In this document: piece after piece, positions 8,422 to 17,714 of the stretch
Layout: each line of letters opens with the position of its first letter
Position numbering within the stretch: position 1 is the first letter of the stretch
Position numbers and translations under genes: made by a program
Assembly: GCA_024277355.1 (NCBI GenBank)
Contig: JAJRVL010000011.1
Location: 30,001 to 62,000 of the forward strand
Origin: an archaeon
GTDB taxonomy: Archaea; Iainarchaeota; Iainarchaeia; Iainarchaeales; 1-14-0-10-31-34
Direction: 5' to 3'
DNA: 32,000 bases
The notes under the pieces: model-generated
The model's database searches: none
What the model saw: the letters and a program-made list of their open reading frames with translations, nothing else
Told to the model about the DNA's origin: nothing

Positions 8422-11121
8422 ATGGAAACAGACCACATAAAAATTGCCGAAAAATGGCAGGAAAAATGGAAAAAAGAAAAAATTTTTGAAGTTAAATCTG
8501 ACTTAAAGAAAAAAAAATATTATGTTTTAGAAATGTTTCCATATCCTTCAGGAAAACTGCATATGGGGCACGTAAGAAATTACTCTATTGGAGATTCTTT
8601 AGCCAGATTTAAGAGAATGCAGGGATTTAATGTTTTATATCCTACTGGTTATGATGCTTTAGGTTTGCCTGCAGAAAATGCCGCAATAAAAGGCAGAGTT
8701 AACCCAAAAAAATGGACTTATGAAAAAATAAACGAAATGAAATCACAGCAAGAAATGCTTGGGTTTAGCTATGATTGGAATAGAAGTTTTGCTACAGCCG
8801 ATACTGATTATTATAAATGGAATCAATGGTTATTCAGAGAATTTTATAAAAAAGGTTTAGCATACAAAAAAAAATCAAATGTAAATTGGTGTGATGACTG
8901 CGGAACAGTTTTGGCAAATGAACAAGTAATTAATGGAAACTGCTGGAGATGTAAAAATCAAGTTATTGAAAAAGAATTAGACCAATGGTTTTTGAAAATC
9001 ACAGAGTATGCAGACGAATTGCTTGAAGATTTAAGTAAGCTAAAATACTGGCCTGAAAGAGTTAAATTAATGCAAAAAAACTGGATTGGAAAAAGTCATG
9101 GAATAAATATTTTATTTAAAGTCAAAGATACAGAATTTGTTTTGCCTGCTTTTACTACAAGATGCGATACTTTGTTTAGTGTGACTTTTGTTGTTATGGC
9201 CCCTGAAAGCCCTTGGGTTGAAAAATTAGTTAAAGGAACAAAATATGAAGAAAAAATAAAAAAAATAATTGATGAAATAAAAAAACAAACAATAATTGAA
9301 AGGACAAGTGAAACAGGAAAAGATAAGATTGGGTGTTTTACAGGAAAATATGCAGTTAACCCTGCAAATGGAGAAGAAATTCCAATTTGGATTGCAAATT
9401 TTGCTGTTGGTTCTTATGGAACAGGAATAGTAATGGCTGATGCTCATGACAAAAGAGACTTTGAATTTGCAAATAAATATGAAATTCCATTAAAATTTGT
9501 TATTTCAAAAGATGGAAAAAAAACTGATGCAGGCAAAGCAAAACAAGCTTATACAGAAAACGGAATTTTATTTAATTCAGGAAAATTTTCAGGAATGCAG
9601 AATTTAGAAGCATTACCAAAAATAGCTGACTGGCTTGAAGAAACAAAAGGCGGAAAAAAAACAGTTAATTACAAGTTAAGAGACTGGTTAATTTCAAGGC
9701 AGAGGTTTTGGGGAACTCCAATTCCAATAGTTTACTGTAATAAATGCGGAATACAATTAGTTCCTGAAAAAGAGCTTCCAGTTAAATTGCCTGAAAACGC
9801 TGAATTTACTGGAAAAGGAAATCCTCTTGACAAAGTAAAAGAATTTGTTGAAACAAACTGTCCTAAATGCAAAGGAAAAGCCAAAAGAGAAACAGACACA
9901 ATGGATACTTTTTTTGATTCAAGCTGGTATTATTTAAGATATTGTTCACCTAAATCAGACAAAATATTTGACAAAGAAGCAGATTACTGGATGCCTGTAG
10001 ACCAATATATTGGAGGCATTGAACATGCAATACTTCATTTAATGTATGCAAGATTTTTTACTAAAGCAATAAAAGACTTAAAATTACTTAAAATAAATGA
10101 ACCATTTAAAAGATTATTAACGCAGGGAATGGTGTTAAAAGACGGAAAAGCAATGAGTAAAAGTTTAGGAAATGTAGTTGATCCTGGAGAAATAATAACT
10201 AAGTTTGGAGCAGATACTGCAAGAGTATTTATTTTATCTGTAAGCAATCCTGAAAGCGAAATGGAATGGGATGACAAAGGAACTGAAAACATCTATAAAT
10301 TTTTAAATAAAATTTATTCACTTACAGAAGACAATAAAGAAAAAATAAATAAAAAAGAAGAAAAAAAAATTCAATTAAATTCAAAGACAAAGCTTTTGCA
10401 GTCAAAAATTCAAAGAATTATAAAAAACACAACTAACTTTTTAGAAAAACTGGAAATGAATAAGGCTGTAGCAGAATTAATGAAATTAACAAACGAATTA
10501 CATAAATTTAACGAAAAAGAAAGCAAAGTTTTTTCTGACGGAGTTAAAGCATTAATTTTAATGCTAAATCCTTTTGCCCCGCATTTAAGCGAAGAATTAT
10601 GGGAAAAAATTAATGAAAAAAGTTTTTCAAGTTTAGAAAAATGGCCTGAATTTGATTTAAAGAAAATTAATTTAACTGCAGAACAACAGGAAGAATTTGC
10701 TGAAAACTTAAGAGAAGACATAATCCAAATAAAAGAATTAGTAAAAAAAGACAAAATTGAAAGAATGAAAATTTTTATTGCTCCTGAATGGAAATGGAGT
10801 TTATATAAAAAATTATTTAAAGAAAAAGAAAAAACAAAAAATAAAAGAATTGAGTTTGGTTTAGCAATGAAAAAAGCAATGGAAACAGAAGAAGGAAAAA
10901 AGCATGCAAAAGAAATTAAAGGTTTTGTTCAGGTTTCAGTTAAGAAATTAAATGAAGCACAGGAATTAACCGAAATAAATGAAGAAAAAACATTAAATGA
11001 AAATATTGAAGAATTAAAAAAAGAGTTTAACACAGAAATTGAATTAATTAAAGCAGAAAAAAGTTCAGAAAAAAAAGCAGGAAATGCTTTTCCATTAAAG
11101 CCGGCTATACTAATTGAGTGA
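8422..11121 (+). CDS. leuS: Leucyl-tRNA synthetase, bacterial type
   Basis: [110 protein letters not shown]. Confidence 0.95.
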   Translation: METDHIKIAEKWQEKWKKEKIFEVKSDLKKKKYYVLEMFPYPSGKLHMGHVRNYSIGDSLARFKRMQGFNVLYPTGYDALGLPAENAAIKGRVNPKKWTYEKINEMKSQQEMLGFSYDWNRSFATADTDYYKWNQWLFREFYKKGLAYKKKSNVNWCDDCGTVLANEQVINGNCWRCKNQVIEKELDQWFLKITEYADELLEDLSKLKYWPERVKLMQKNWIGKSHGINILFKVKDTEFVLPAFTTRCDTLFSVTFVVMAPESPWVEKLVKGTKYEEKIKKIIDEIKKQTIIERTSETGKDKIGCFTGKYAVNPANGEEIPIWIANFAVGSYGTGIVMADAHDKRDFEFANKYEIPLKFVISKDGKKTDAGKAKQAYTENGILFNSGKFSGMQNLEALPKIADWLEETKGGKKTVNYKLRDWLISRQRFWGTPIPIVYCNKCGIQLVPEKELPVKLPENAEFTGKGNPLDKVKEFVETNCPKCKGKAKRETDTMDTFFDSSWYYLRYCSPKSDKIFDKEADYWMPVDQYIGGIEHAILHLMYARFFTKAIKDLKLLKINEPFKRLLTQGMVLKDGKAMSKSLGNVVDPGEIITKFGADTARVFILSVSNPESEMEWDDKGTENIYKFLNKIYSLTEDNKEKINKKEEKKIQLNSKTKLLQSKIQRIIKNTTNFLEKLEMNKAVAELMKLTNELHKFNEKESKVFSDGVKALILMLNPFAPHLSEELWEKINEKSFSSLEKWPEFDLKKINLTAEQQEEFAENLREDIIQIKELVKKDKIERMKIFIAPEWKWSLYKKLFKEKEKTKNKRIEFGLAMKKAMETEEGKKHAKEIKGFVQVSVKKLNEAQELTEINEEKTLNENIEELKKEFNTEIELIKAEKSSEKKAGNAFPLKPAILIE

Positions 11122-11191
11122 TTTTTCTAAATAAATGAGTTGAATTAAAAAACTTTCTTGTATTAATATTAGTCTGTTTAAGTGATTTCAA

Positions 11192-11680
11192 ATGATTTGT
11201 TTTATTGCATTAATTGTTTTTGCGATTTTGGGAATTTTTTCTGCTAAATACAGAGAATATGCTAAAGAAGCATTTGACTGTGTTTTTAGAAGAGTTACCT
11301 TAAGAAAATGCAATACTGCTTTTGATAAAAAAATGAAAATGAAGTTAACAGGGAAACTAATGAAAATAAGTCCTAAAGCAGGAGGAACTGTATTTAAGCA
11401 CTTTGAATTAATTTCATGGTTTTTTACTTTGCTTACAATAATAAGTTTTGTCTATGCCGCAGCAGGAGTATATAACTTTGTAGTATATGATAACTGTGAA
11501 GGGCCAAATGCAACTGCCAGTTGTATTTACTCTGAATTAACCGGAAGTGCTGAAACTGTTTCCTGCGGTTCACAGCATTGTGCTGATACAGGATGCAATT
11601 GCGATGCAGGATGCGATGAAAGCAATAATTTTGCTGAATGTGATGGGAACTGTGATTGTGTTAAAGAGGTTTGCGGCTAA
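11192..11680 (+). CDS. Two-TM membrane protein with Cys-rich C-terminal domain
   Basis: Two hydrophobic helices, then CEGPNATASC...CGSQHCADTGCNCDAGCDESNNFAECDGNCDCVKEVCG. Confidence 0.65.
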   Translation: MICFIALIVFAILGIFSAKYREYAKEAFDCVFRRVTLRKCNTAFDKKMKMKLTGKLMKISPKAGGTVFKHFELISWFFTLLTIISFVYAAAGVYNFVVYDNCEGPNATASCIYSELTGSAETVSCGSQHCADTGCNCDAGCDESNNFAECDGNCDCVKEVCG

Positions 11681-11905
11681 ATGTGTGTTAATATTCCTGC
11701 TTTAATTGAAAAAGACGGAAAAATCGCAGAAGTCAAAATAGGCAAAAAAACAATTAAAGTATTTAATTTTATTAAAGCAAAAAAAGGCGATTATGTTTAT
11801 CTAAACGGCAGCTCAATTGTTGAATTAATTGAAAAAGGAACAGAAAAAGAAATAATTAAAGCTTATTCTTTGAAAAGAAAAAAAAAGAAAAAATTACTTA
11901 ATTGA
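11681..11905 (+). CDS. HypC/HupF-like small protein
   Basis: Starts MC-; MCVNIPALIEKDGKIAEVKIGKKTIKVFNFIKAKKGDYVYLNGSSIVELI resembles the HypC beta-barrel pattern (MC..IP..V......A.V......V......GDYV.VH...AI..I). Confidence 0.5.
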   Translation: MCVNIPALIEKDGKIAEVKIGKKTIKVFNFIKAKKGDYVYLNGSSIVELIEKGTEKEIIKAYSLKRKKKKKLLN

Positions 11906-12619
11906 ATTTACAAAGTTAATTGAATTTTCAGTGAATTTTTTTAGAGAATTAAACTGCTGAATGTTTATTGGCGTACAAAAAACATTCCAATGAAAAGCAA
12001 TTAAACTTCCTTTAGTAATTTTTTGGTTCCATTCAGGAAAAAAAGAAATTTCCTTTACAATTTCTTCTCCTAAAAAAAGCTTGTTGTTAACTGAAACAAC
12101 AGGATAATATTCAACCAGTAATTTTTTTGTTTCTTTGTTTTCCTGCAGAACTTTTCCAAAAGAAATTTTACAGGAATCCATAAAATCAATTGTTCCTTTA
12201 GTTTTATCAGTTAAAGAATGAAATAAAAAAACATGAAAAGAATGATGCAAATCAGTTTTTTCAGGAAGAACTGAAATTAATTCTTCTGCAGCTTCTTTAT
12301 TTAAGTAATTTGAATTAACAAGAGAAAAATAAATTTCTTCTAATTCTTTTTTTTTAAGGTCTTTAATTAAGTTATTCCCTATCCAATAACCTTCAACTAT
12401 TTTTTCATCTAAAAAATCACAAGAATTCTTTCTGGCTAAAAGAGAAAGATAAGGAAAAGCCATTTCAAAAGAAGGAATTTTTTTTCTGATTGAATTTTCA
12501 AGAGAATTATTGCCGGATAAAAACGCATTAATTAAAGAAGGAAGTTCTTTGCTTCCGCAGTAATGCAGATTATTTGGAGGAAAAGCAAACTTACAGAAAA
12601 GCCTTAATCCATCAATCAT
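11894..12619 (-). CDS. Conserved-looking protein of unknown function (possibly DUF6390-like)
   Basis: LRLFCKFAFPPNNLHYCGSKE N-terminal motif; 241 aa; overlaps the upstream transporter gene by 8 nt. Confidence 0.45.
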   Translation of the reverse strand: MIDGLRLFCKFAFPPNNLHYCGSKELPSLINAFLSGNNSLENSIRKKIPSFEMAFPYLSLLARKNSCDFLDEKIVEGYWIGNNLIKDLKKKELEEIYFSLVNSNYLNKEAAEELISVLPEKTDLHHSFHVFLFHSLTDKTKGTIDFMDSCKISFGKVLQENKETKKLLVEYYPVVSVNNKLFLGEEIVKEISFFPEWNQKITKGSLIAFHWNVFCTPINIQQFNSLKKFTENSINFVNSIK

Positions 12620-13517
12620 TTCTTACACTAAAAAACTTTTTCAAAAAGAAAAAATGTTTTTCCTTAGAAATTATCAGCAAAAGTCCTGCAAACATAAAAA
12701 AATAACCAAGCAACTGCATTGGAACTAAAGGACTTGATTTAAAAAAGAAATTAAGCAAAGCAGTTATTGGAAGGCCCAACAACAAAATGCTTACTGCAGT
12801 TGAAGCAGGAATTTTTGATAAACCATTATACCAGGTTAAAACATAACCTAAAAGAAATAAAGAAGTTATTCCAATCCAAAAAAAGTTTTCTAAAGTAAGG
12901 GAAAACAAAAAAGAAGTTTTTCCGCTGAATAAAATATAAATTAAAATAAATAAAGAACCAAAAAACATTCTTCCAAAAGCAACTGCATTAGGTTTAATTG
13001 AATTCATTAAATGCTTTGAATAAGTGTTTTCAATACTCCAGAATAAAACTGCAATTAAAATCATTAAGTCAGCTGAAGCAAAAGAAGTTATTTTTAATCC
13101 AAAAAGCAGGAAAACTGAAGCAAAAAGCAATAACGCACCAACAATAAACTTGGCATTTATTTTTTCTTTTAAGAAAATTACTGCTAAAACAGTTACAAAC
13201 AAAAACATGCTTTTATGAATAAACGCAGAATTAATGGAAGTAGTTGATTTTAATGCATTAAAAAACAAAACAAAAGGAATACTCCCTCCAACAAAACCAA
13301 CTGCAATTAACTGCAAAAAATTCTTTTTTGTTAACTGCTTTAAATAATTAAATTCTTTAAATAAGACAATTAATGAAAACAAAAAAAGTCCCACAACTAA
13401 GTTTTTTAAAAAAGTAAAAACAGTTGCATCAAGCGGTTTAACTGCAAAAGAATTAACAAAAATTGAAATGCCTGAAATTAAAGCAGTTAATAATACAAGC
13501 TGAATTCCTTTATTCAT
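12612..13517 (-). CDS. EamA/DMT-family transporter
   Basis: About ten TM helices; EamA-like segments (AVGFVGGSIPFVLFFNALKSTTSINSAFIHKS, PASTAVSILLLGLPITALLNFFF). Confidence 0.75.
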   Translation of the reverse strand: MNKGIQLVLLTALISGISIFVNSFAVKPLDATVFTFLKNLVVGLFLFSLIVLFKEFNYLKQLTKKNFLQLIAVGFVGGSIPFVLFFNALKSTTSINSAFIHKSMFLFVTVLAVIFLKEKINAKFIVGALLLFASVFLLFGLKITSFASADLMILIAVLFWSIENTYSKHLMNSIKPNAVAFGRMFFGSLFILIYILFSGKTSFLFSLTLENFFWIGITSLFLLGYVLTWYNGLSKIPASTAVSILLLGLPITALLNFFFKSSPLVPMQLLGYFFMFAGLLLIISKEKHFFFLKKFFSVRND

Positions 13518-14746
13518 GAAAAGAAAAAAAGAACAAAATTTATGTAAAGAGTCAGCTTTGATTGTTTTAATGCTTCAATAGCAATTAATTTTTTTCCTGA
13601 AAGGAATTTTAATGACGCTTTTCCGCTTAAAGAAACAAAAGAAAAATCTTCTTTAGAAAAACCAAGAGAAGATAAAGCAGTTTCAGTATCTCCTCCTCCT
13701 AAAAAAGTAAAACCTGAATTTTCTTTCATTGCCTGTAAAATTTCTTTTGTGCCTTTAGAAAATTCTTTTTCTTCAAAGACTCCTAAAGGACCATTAAATA
13801 CAATTAATTTTGCTTTGGAAATTTCTTCAGAGAAATCCTTTATTGCATTTTCACCTAAATCTTTTGAAATAAAGTCCGCAGGCAAATCAAAAACATTAAT
13901 ATTAGTTCTTTTTCCATTTTCATCTAAAGCAAAATCTTTTGGAAAAAATATTTTTTCAGAAAACGGTTCATAAATTTCTTTTATTTCCGGAATCAAAGAA
14001 AGAAAACCTTTTTCTTCAAAAAACTTTTGTTTTTTGCCAAAATCATAACCTAAAGAAACAATAATTAATTCTCCTAATAATCCTCCGGCTAAAACTTTGT
14101 CTGTTTTGTTTTCTTTTAAGAAAAAAGCCATAGTTTTAAGTGAATCTTCAGGTTTAGCTCCTCCAAGAATTAATAATTTTGGTTTTTCTTTTGAGTTTAA
14201 CACTTTTTCAATATTAATTATTTCTGACTCTAATACTTTTCCCATAAAAGAAGGCATTAAAGGAATAAAACCTACAACTGTCGCATGGCTTCTATGGCTT
14301 ACACTAAATGCATCTAAAACAAATAAATCAGCTGAATCAGCTAAATTTTTTATTATTTCATTTTCAGAATGTTCTTTAGGAGTTTTTTCTTCTGATTCAA
14401 AATCAAGAAACCTTGTATTTTCCATTAAAAGAATTTCTTCTTCTTTTAAAGAAAAAATTTTTTCTTTAAAGTTTTCTTTCCATAAAGAAAACTGAATTTT
14501 TTTTCCAGTTAATTTTTCCAGTTCAGGCAAATGATTTTTTAATGAAACAAAATCTGGTTTCCCTTTTCTTCCTTGGTGAGATAAAACAACAATTTTTGCT
14601 TTTTTAGAAGAAAAAAAAGAAATTGTTTTTGCATGCTCTTTTAACCTTGCAGAAACAACCGGTTTTCCTTCCTGAATATTTGAATTTAAATCTACTCTTA
14701 ACAAAATGGTTTTGCCTGAAATGTTTTCGGGAACTGGTTTAAGCAA
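13514..14746 (-). CDS. pgk: Phosphoglycerate kinase
   Basis: TILLRVDLNSNI, VLSHQGRKG, LLILGGAKPEDS, VFNGPLGVFE, GFTFLGGGDTETAL. Confidence 0.93.
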   Translation of the reverse strand: MLKPVPENISGKTILLRVDLNSNIQEGKPVVSARLKEHAKTISFFSSKKAKIVVLSHQGRKGKPDFVSLKNHLPELEKLTGKKIQFSLWKENFKEKIFSLKEEEILLMENTRFLDFESEEKTPKEHSENEIIKNLADSADLFVLDAFSVSHRSHATVVGFIPLMPSFMGKVLESEIINIEKVLNSKEKPKLLILGGAKPEDSLKTMAFFLKENKTDKVLAGGLLGELIIVSLGYDFGKKQKFFEEKGFLSLIPEIKEIYEPFSEKIFFPKDFALDENGKRTNINVFDLPADFISKDLGENAIKDFSEEISKAKLIVFNGPLGVFEEKEFSKGTKEILQAMKENSGFTFLGGGDTETALSSLGFSKEDFSFVSLSGKASLKFLSGKKLIAIEALKQSKLTLYINFVLFFFS

Positions 14747-14748
14747 TA

Positions 14749-15735
14749 TTACACCTTTTTAATTAAATCAAGCAATCTTGCAGAATAACCCCATTCATTG
14801 TCATACCAGGACATAACTCTAACCATATTTTTGTTTACTACCTGAGTTAAATCTGAATCAACAATACTTGAATGAGAATTTCCTAAAATATCATGAGAAA
14901 CAATTGGAGCAGTAGAATATTCCAGAATTCCTTTCAGATAAGTTTCAGATGCTTTTTTAAATGCAGCATTAACTTCTTCTTTTGTTGTTTCTTTTTTAAC
15001 TAAACAAACAAAATCAGTCATTGAACCATTTGGAACAGGAACTCTTAATGAAACTCCGTCCATTTTTCCTGCTAATATAGGCAAAACTTTTCCTGCTGCT
15101 TTAGTTGCTCCAGTGGTAGTTGGAATAATCGATAAAGAAGCAGCTCTTGCTCTTCTTAAATCTTTATGGGCAAAATCTAATAATCTTTGGTCATTAGTAT
15201 AAGCATGAATTGTATTCATCATTCCTGAAACAATGCCAAATTCTTTTTCTAATACTGCAGCTACAGGAGCTAAACAATTTGTTGTACAAGAAGCATTAGA
15301 ATAAGTGTTTTTGTCTTTGGCAATTTTTTCGTCATTTACTCCAAAAACAACTGTTGCATCAACATCATCTGATGGAGCTGAAACAATTACTTTTTTTGCG
15401 CCTGCGTTTAAATGCTGATTAAAGTCTTCTTTTTTCCTGAATCTTCCGGTGCATTCTAATACTACATCAATATTTAATTCTTTCCAGGGAAGTTTTTCAG
15501 GATCTGCTATTGCAAAAGATTTAATGTTTCTTTTTCCAATTACAATACTTTCATCAGTAAAAGAAACTTCTTCTGGATAAACACCATAAACTGAATCATA
15601 TTTGAATAAATGAGCTAAAGTTTTATTATCAGTTAAGTCATTTATTGCAACCCATTCAATATCATTTCTTTTTAGTCCTTCTCTTAAGACAACTCTTCCA
15701 ATTCTTCCAAAACCATTTATTGCAACTCTAATCAT
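14749..15735 (-). CDS. gap: Glyceraldehyde-3-phosphate dehydrogenase, bacterial/eukaryotic (class I) type
   Basis: MIRVAINGFGRIGRVVLR, SNASCTTNCLAPVA, TIHAYTNDQRLLD, RRARAASLSIIPTTTGA, SWYDNEWGYSARLLDL. Confidence 0.95.
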   Translation of the reverse strand: MIRVAINGFGRIGRVVLREGLKRNDIEWVAINDLTDNKTLAHLFKYDSVYGVYPEEVSFTDESIVIGKRNIKSFAIADPEKLPWKELNIDVVLECTGRFRKKEDFNQHLNAGAKKVIVSAPSDDVDATVVFGVNDEKIAKDKNTYSNASCTTNCLAPVAAVLEKEFGIVSGMMNTIHAYTNDQRLLDFAHKDLRRARAASLSIIPTTTGATKAAGKVLPILAGKMDGVSLRVPVPNGSMTDFVCLVKKETTKEEVNAAFKKASETYLKGILEYSTAPIVSHDILGNSHSSIVDSDLTQVVNKNMVRVMSWYDNEWGYSARLLDLIKKV

Positions 15736-15807
15736 TTAAAGCCCCCTAAACAAAAATAATTCTTTAATTCACTTTTTTTAACCCTTTTTTCTTTTGGGCA
15801 ACTTGCA

Positions 15808-15833
15808 CTTTTCTTTTTCGGAAAAAAGAAAAG
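15808..15833. repeat. Perfect 11-bp inverted repeat (CTTTTCTTTTT-CGGA-AAAAAGAAAAG)
   Basis: Direct reading of the intergenic region upstream of gap. Confidence 0.6.
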
Positions 15834-15917
15834 GACAGATTCATAAAAATTGTGAACAATAAGAAAATTAAAGAATAAGTGTTTAAAAACAAAAGGAAGG
15901 TGCTACATAATAAATAT

Positions 15918-16826
15918 TTATTCTGCGAATTGCTCGTATTCTTCTGAATTAAACCTGTATAAAAATCGCTTGATTTTTGAATTTTTAAAAGAATATTTTT
16001 CTATTACTTTTTCTTTTTTTCCTGAGAATTCCTCAAAAGGTGTTTTTTGTGAGGGGTCAAACAAATAAAAATTATTTTTGTATTCTGTAATTACAAAAGT
16101 ATGAGTAGATAAATTTTCCAGTTCTGCTACAACAACAAAAGCTTTTTCATCTCCTAAAGCATAAAGCAAAGTACATAAAAAAACCGCAATGTCTTCATCA
16201 TCTGCAATTTTATGTCTTAATATTTCTGAAGGAGCCATCCAATAATTGATTTTTAAATTTGATTCAACAAAAGAAATTTCTTTTACAACAAAGTCAAACG
16301 CTTCTTTTGCAATAGTTAAATAATTTTTTTCAAAAGAATAATCAGAAGAAATTAATTCAGCTAAAATTGCCTGAATGCTTAAATCATCAGGATCAATTAA
16401 TCCTTTGATTTCTCCAATAGTTTTCTCTTCTTTTTCATTTATTATTTCAGTGTATTTTTCAAGCAAAAAAGAATAAAGCTTGAATTTAAGTTCTTTTTCT
16501 TTTTGTTTGTAATCTATTTCTGAAACTGATCCTAAAGCCTGCCTTAATTTAGAATATTTTTCATATAAATCATTGTATTGAGATTGTTTTTTTGCTAATT
16601 CTAATTCAAAAACAGCAGTTGATTTTTTTGGTTTAGGAAACTGAATTTCATTTAACTTTAATTTTAATTTAGCTAATTTAACTTCAAGTTCAGGTTTAGA
16701 TAAATCATCTGCTTTTTTCAAAGAAGATTCTAATTCTTCAATTTTTTTCCATAATTCCTGTTCTTCTATTGCCTTTGATTTAACTGGGAACATTAAATAA
16801 AAGCCCACAGAGAATGATTTAAACAT
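15918..16826 (-). CDS. Coiled-coil protein with transglutaminase-like domain, probably catalytically degenerate
   Basis: KIADDEDIAVFLCTLLYALGDEKAFVVVAELENLSTHTFVITEYKNNFYLFDPS has the transglutaminase-like layout, including the His and Asp positions. Confidence 0.5.
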   Translation of the reverse strand: MFKSFSVGFYLMFPVKSKAIEEQELWKKIEELESSLKKADDLSKPELEVKLAKLKLKLNEIQFPKPKKSTAVFELELAKKQSQYNDLYEKYSKLRQALGSVSEIDYKQKEKELKFKLYSFLLEKYTEIINEKEEKTIGEIKGLIDPDDLSIQAILAELISSDYSFEKNYLTIAKEAFDFVVKEISFVESNLKINYWMAPSEILRHKIADDEDIAVFLCTLLYALGDEKAFVVVAELENLSTHTFVITEYKNNFYLFDPSQKTPFEEFSGKKEKVIEKYSFKNSKIKRFLYRFNSEEYEQFAE

Positions 16827-16947
16827 AACGAAAAGCGAGAAAATTCGTTGATTGACGAAAACGGGCTTTAATTGGCGCGGTTTGCTTTTTTAGCTGAAAA
16901 GGTTTTTATTAGACAAGTGTGTTCTATTAAAGTAAAATGGTGATTTT

Positions 16948-17346
16948 TTGAAGGGACAAATTTCAATTGAATATCTTACTTTAACTGCAATTGTTCTCCT
17001 TATTGTAGGAGTAATGTTTGTTTTTGCAATAACAACTGTAAATGAAAACGCAAGACTTAATTCAGCTTATTATGCTACAAGAGAATTAGCTAATGCAGCA
17101 GATGAAGTAAGTACTAGAAATGGAAGCACTATTGTGGTTGAAATTGAACTGCCTTCAGATGTAACTTCTTTTTCAACTTTTGGGACAGACATTACAATTG
17201 AAATGACGTCTCTTTTAAATTCATTTCAGGTTTTTGATTCAAGCAAGGCATCATTACAGCCGACAAATTTTTCCACTTCAGAAGGAACTCATTTTATTGC
17301 AGTGAATTCAACTGATTCAAATATCACTTTTACTGAACTTAATTAA
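16948..17346 (+). CDS. Prepilin-like protein with class III signal peptide
   Basis: MKGQISIEYLTLTAIVLLIVGVMFVFA; TTG start with GGTGAT (16939-16944) just upstream. Confidence 0.8.
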   Translation: MKGQISIEYLTLTAIVLLIVGVMFVFAITTVNENARLNSAYYATRELANAADEVSTRNGSTIVVEIELPSDVTSFSTFGTDITIEMTSLLNSFQVFDSSKASLQPTNFSTSEGTHFIAVNSTDSNITFTELN

Positions 17347-17357
17347 AGGGATTATAA

Positions 17358-17714
17358 ATGAAAGGGCAGGTTTCAATGGAAGTAATTATTGGAGCAATAA
17401 TTTTATTGCTTGTATTGGTTTTTATCTGGATTTACAGTATTCAAACAAATGAAGGAATTGATGCATTAAAAAATTCAGTTGAATCAAAATCTTACTGCAG
17501 AGAAATTGCAGATACAATTAGTTCAGTTTATGCTTCAGGAACAAAAACTACAATAGAATTTTATTCAGAAAAAGACTTTAATTTAAGCAATGGAATGGTT
17601 GATGTTAATGGTTTTCTCTGCAGTTATTATGCTGAAGCAGAAGAAAAATTTATAGCAAAAGGAAACATAAGAATAAAAGATTTGAACGGGGTTGTCGTGA
17701 TTGAAAATATTTAA
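17358..17714 (+). CDS. Prepilin-like protein with class III signal peptide
   Basis: MKGQVSMEVIIGAIILLLVLVFIWIYSI. Confidence 0.75.
   Translation: MKGQVSMEVIIGAIILLLVLVFIWIYSIQTNEGIDALKNSVESKSYCREIADTISSVYASGTKTTIEFYSEKDFNLSNGMVDVNGFLCSYYAEAEEKFIAKGNIRIKDLNGVVVIENI

Noticed and set aside
9226-9447. Antisense ORF inside leuS (and similar track ORFs such as 10035-10292, 10410-10754, 13749-13973, 14097-14495)
   Set aside because: Complements of strongly supported coding genes; sequences are low complexity (Phe/Ser/Leu/Cys-rich) and have no recognisable domain.
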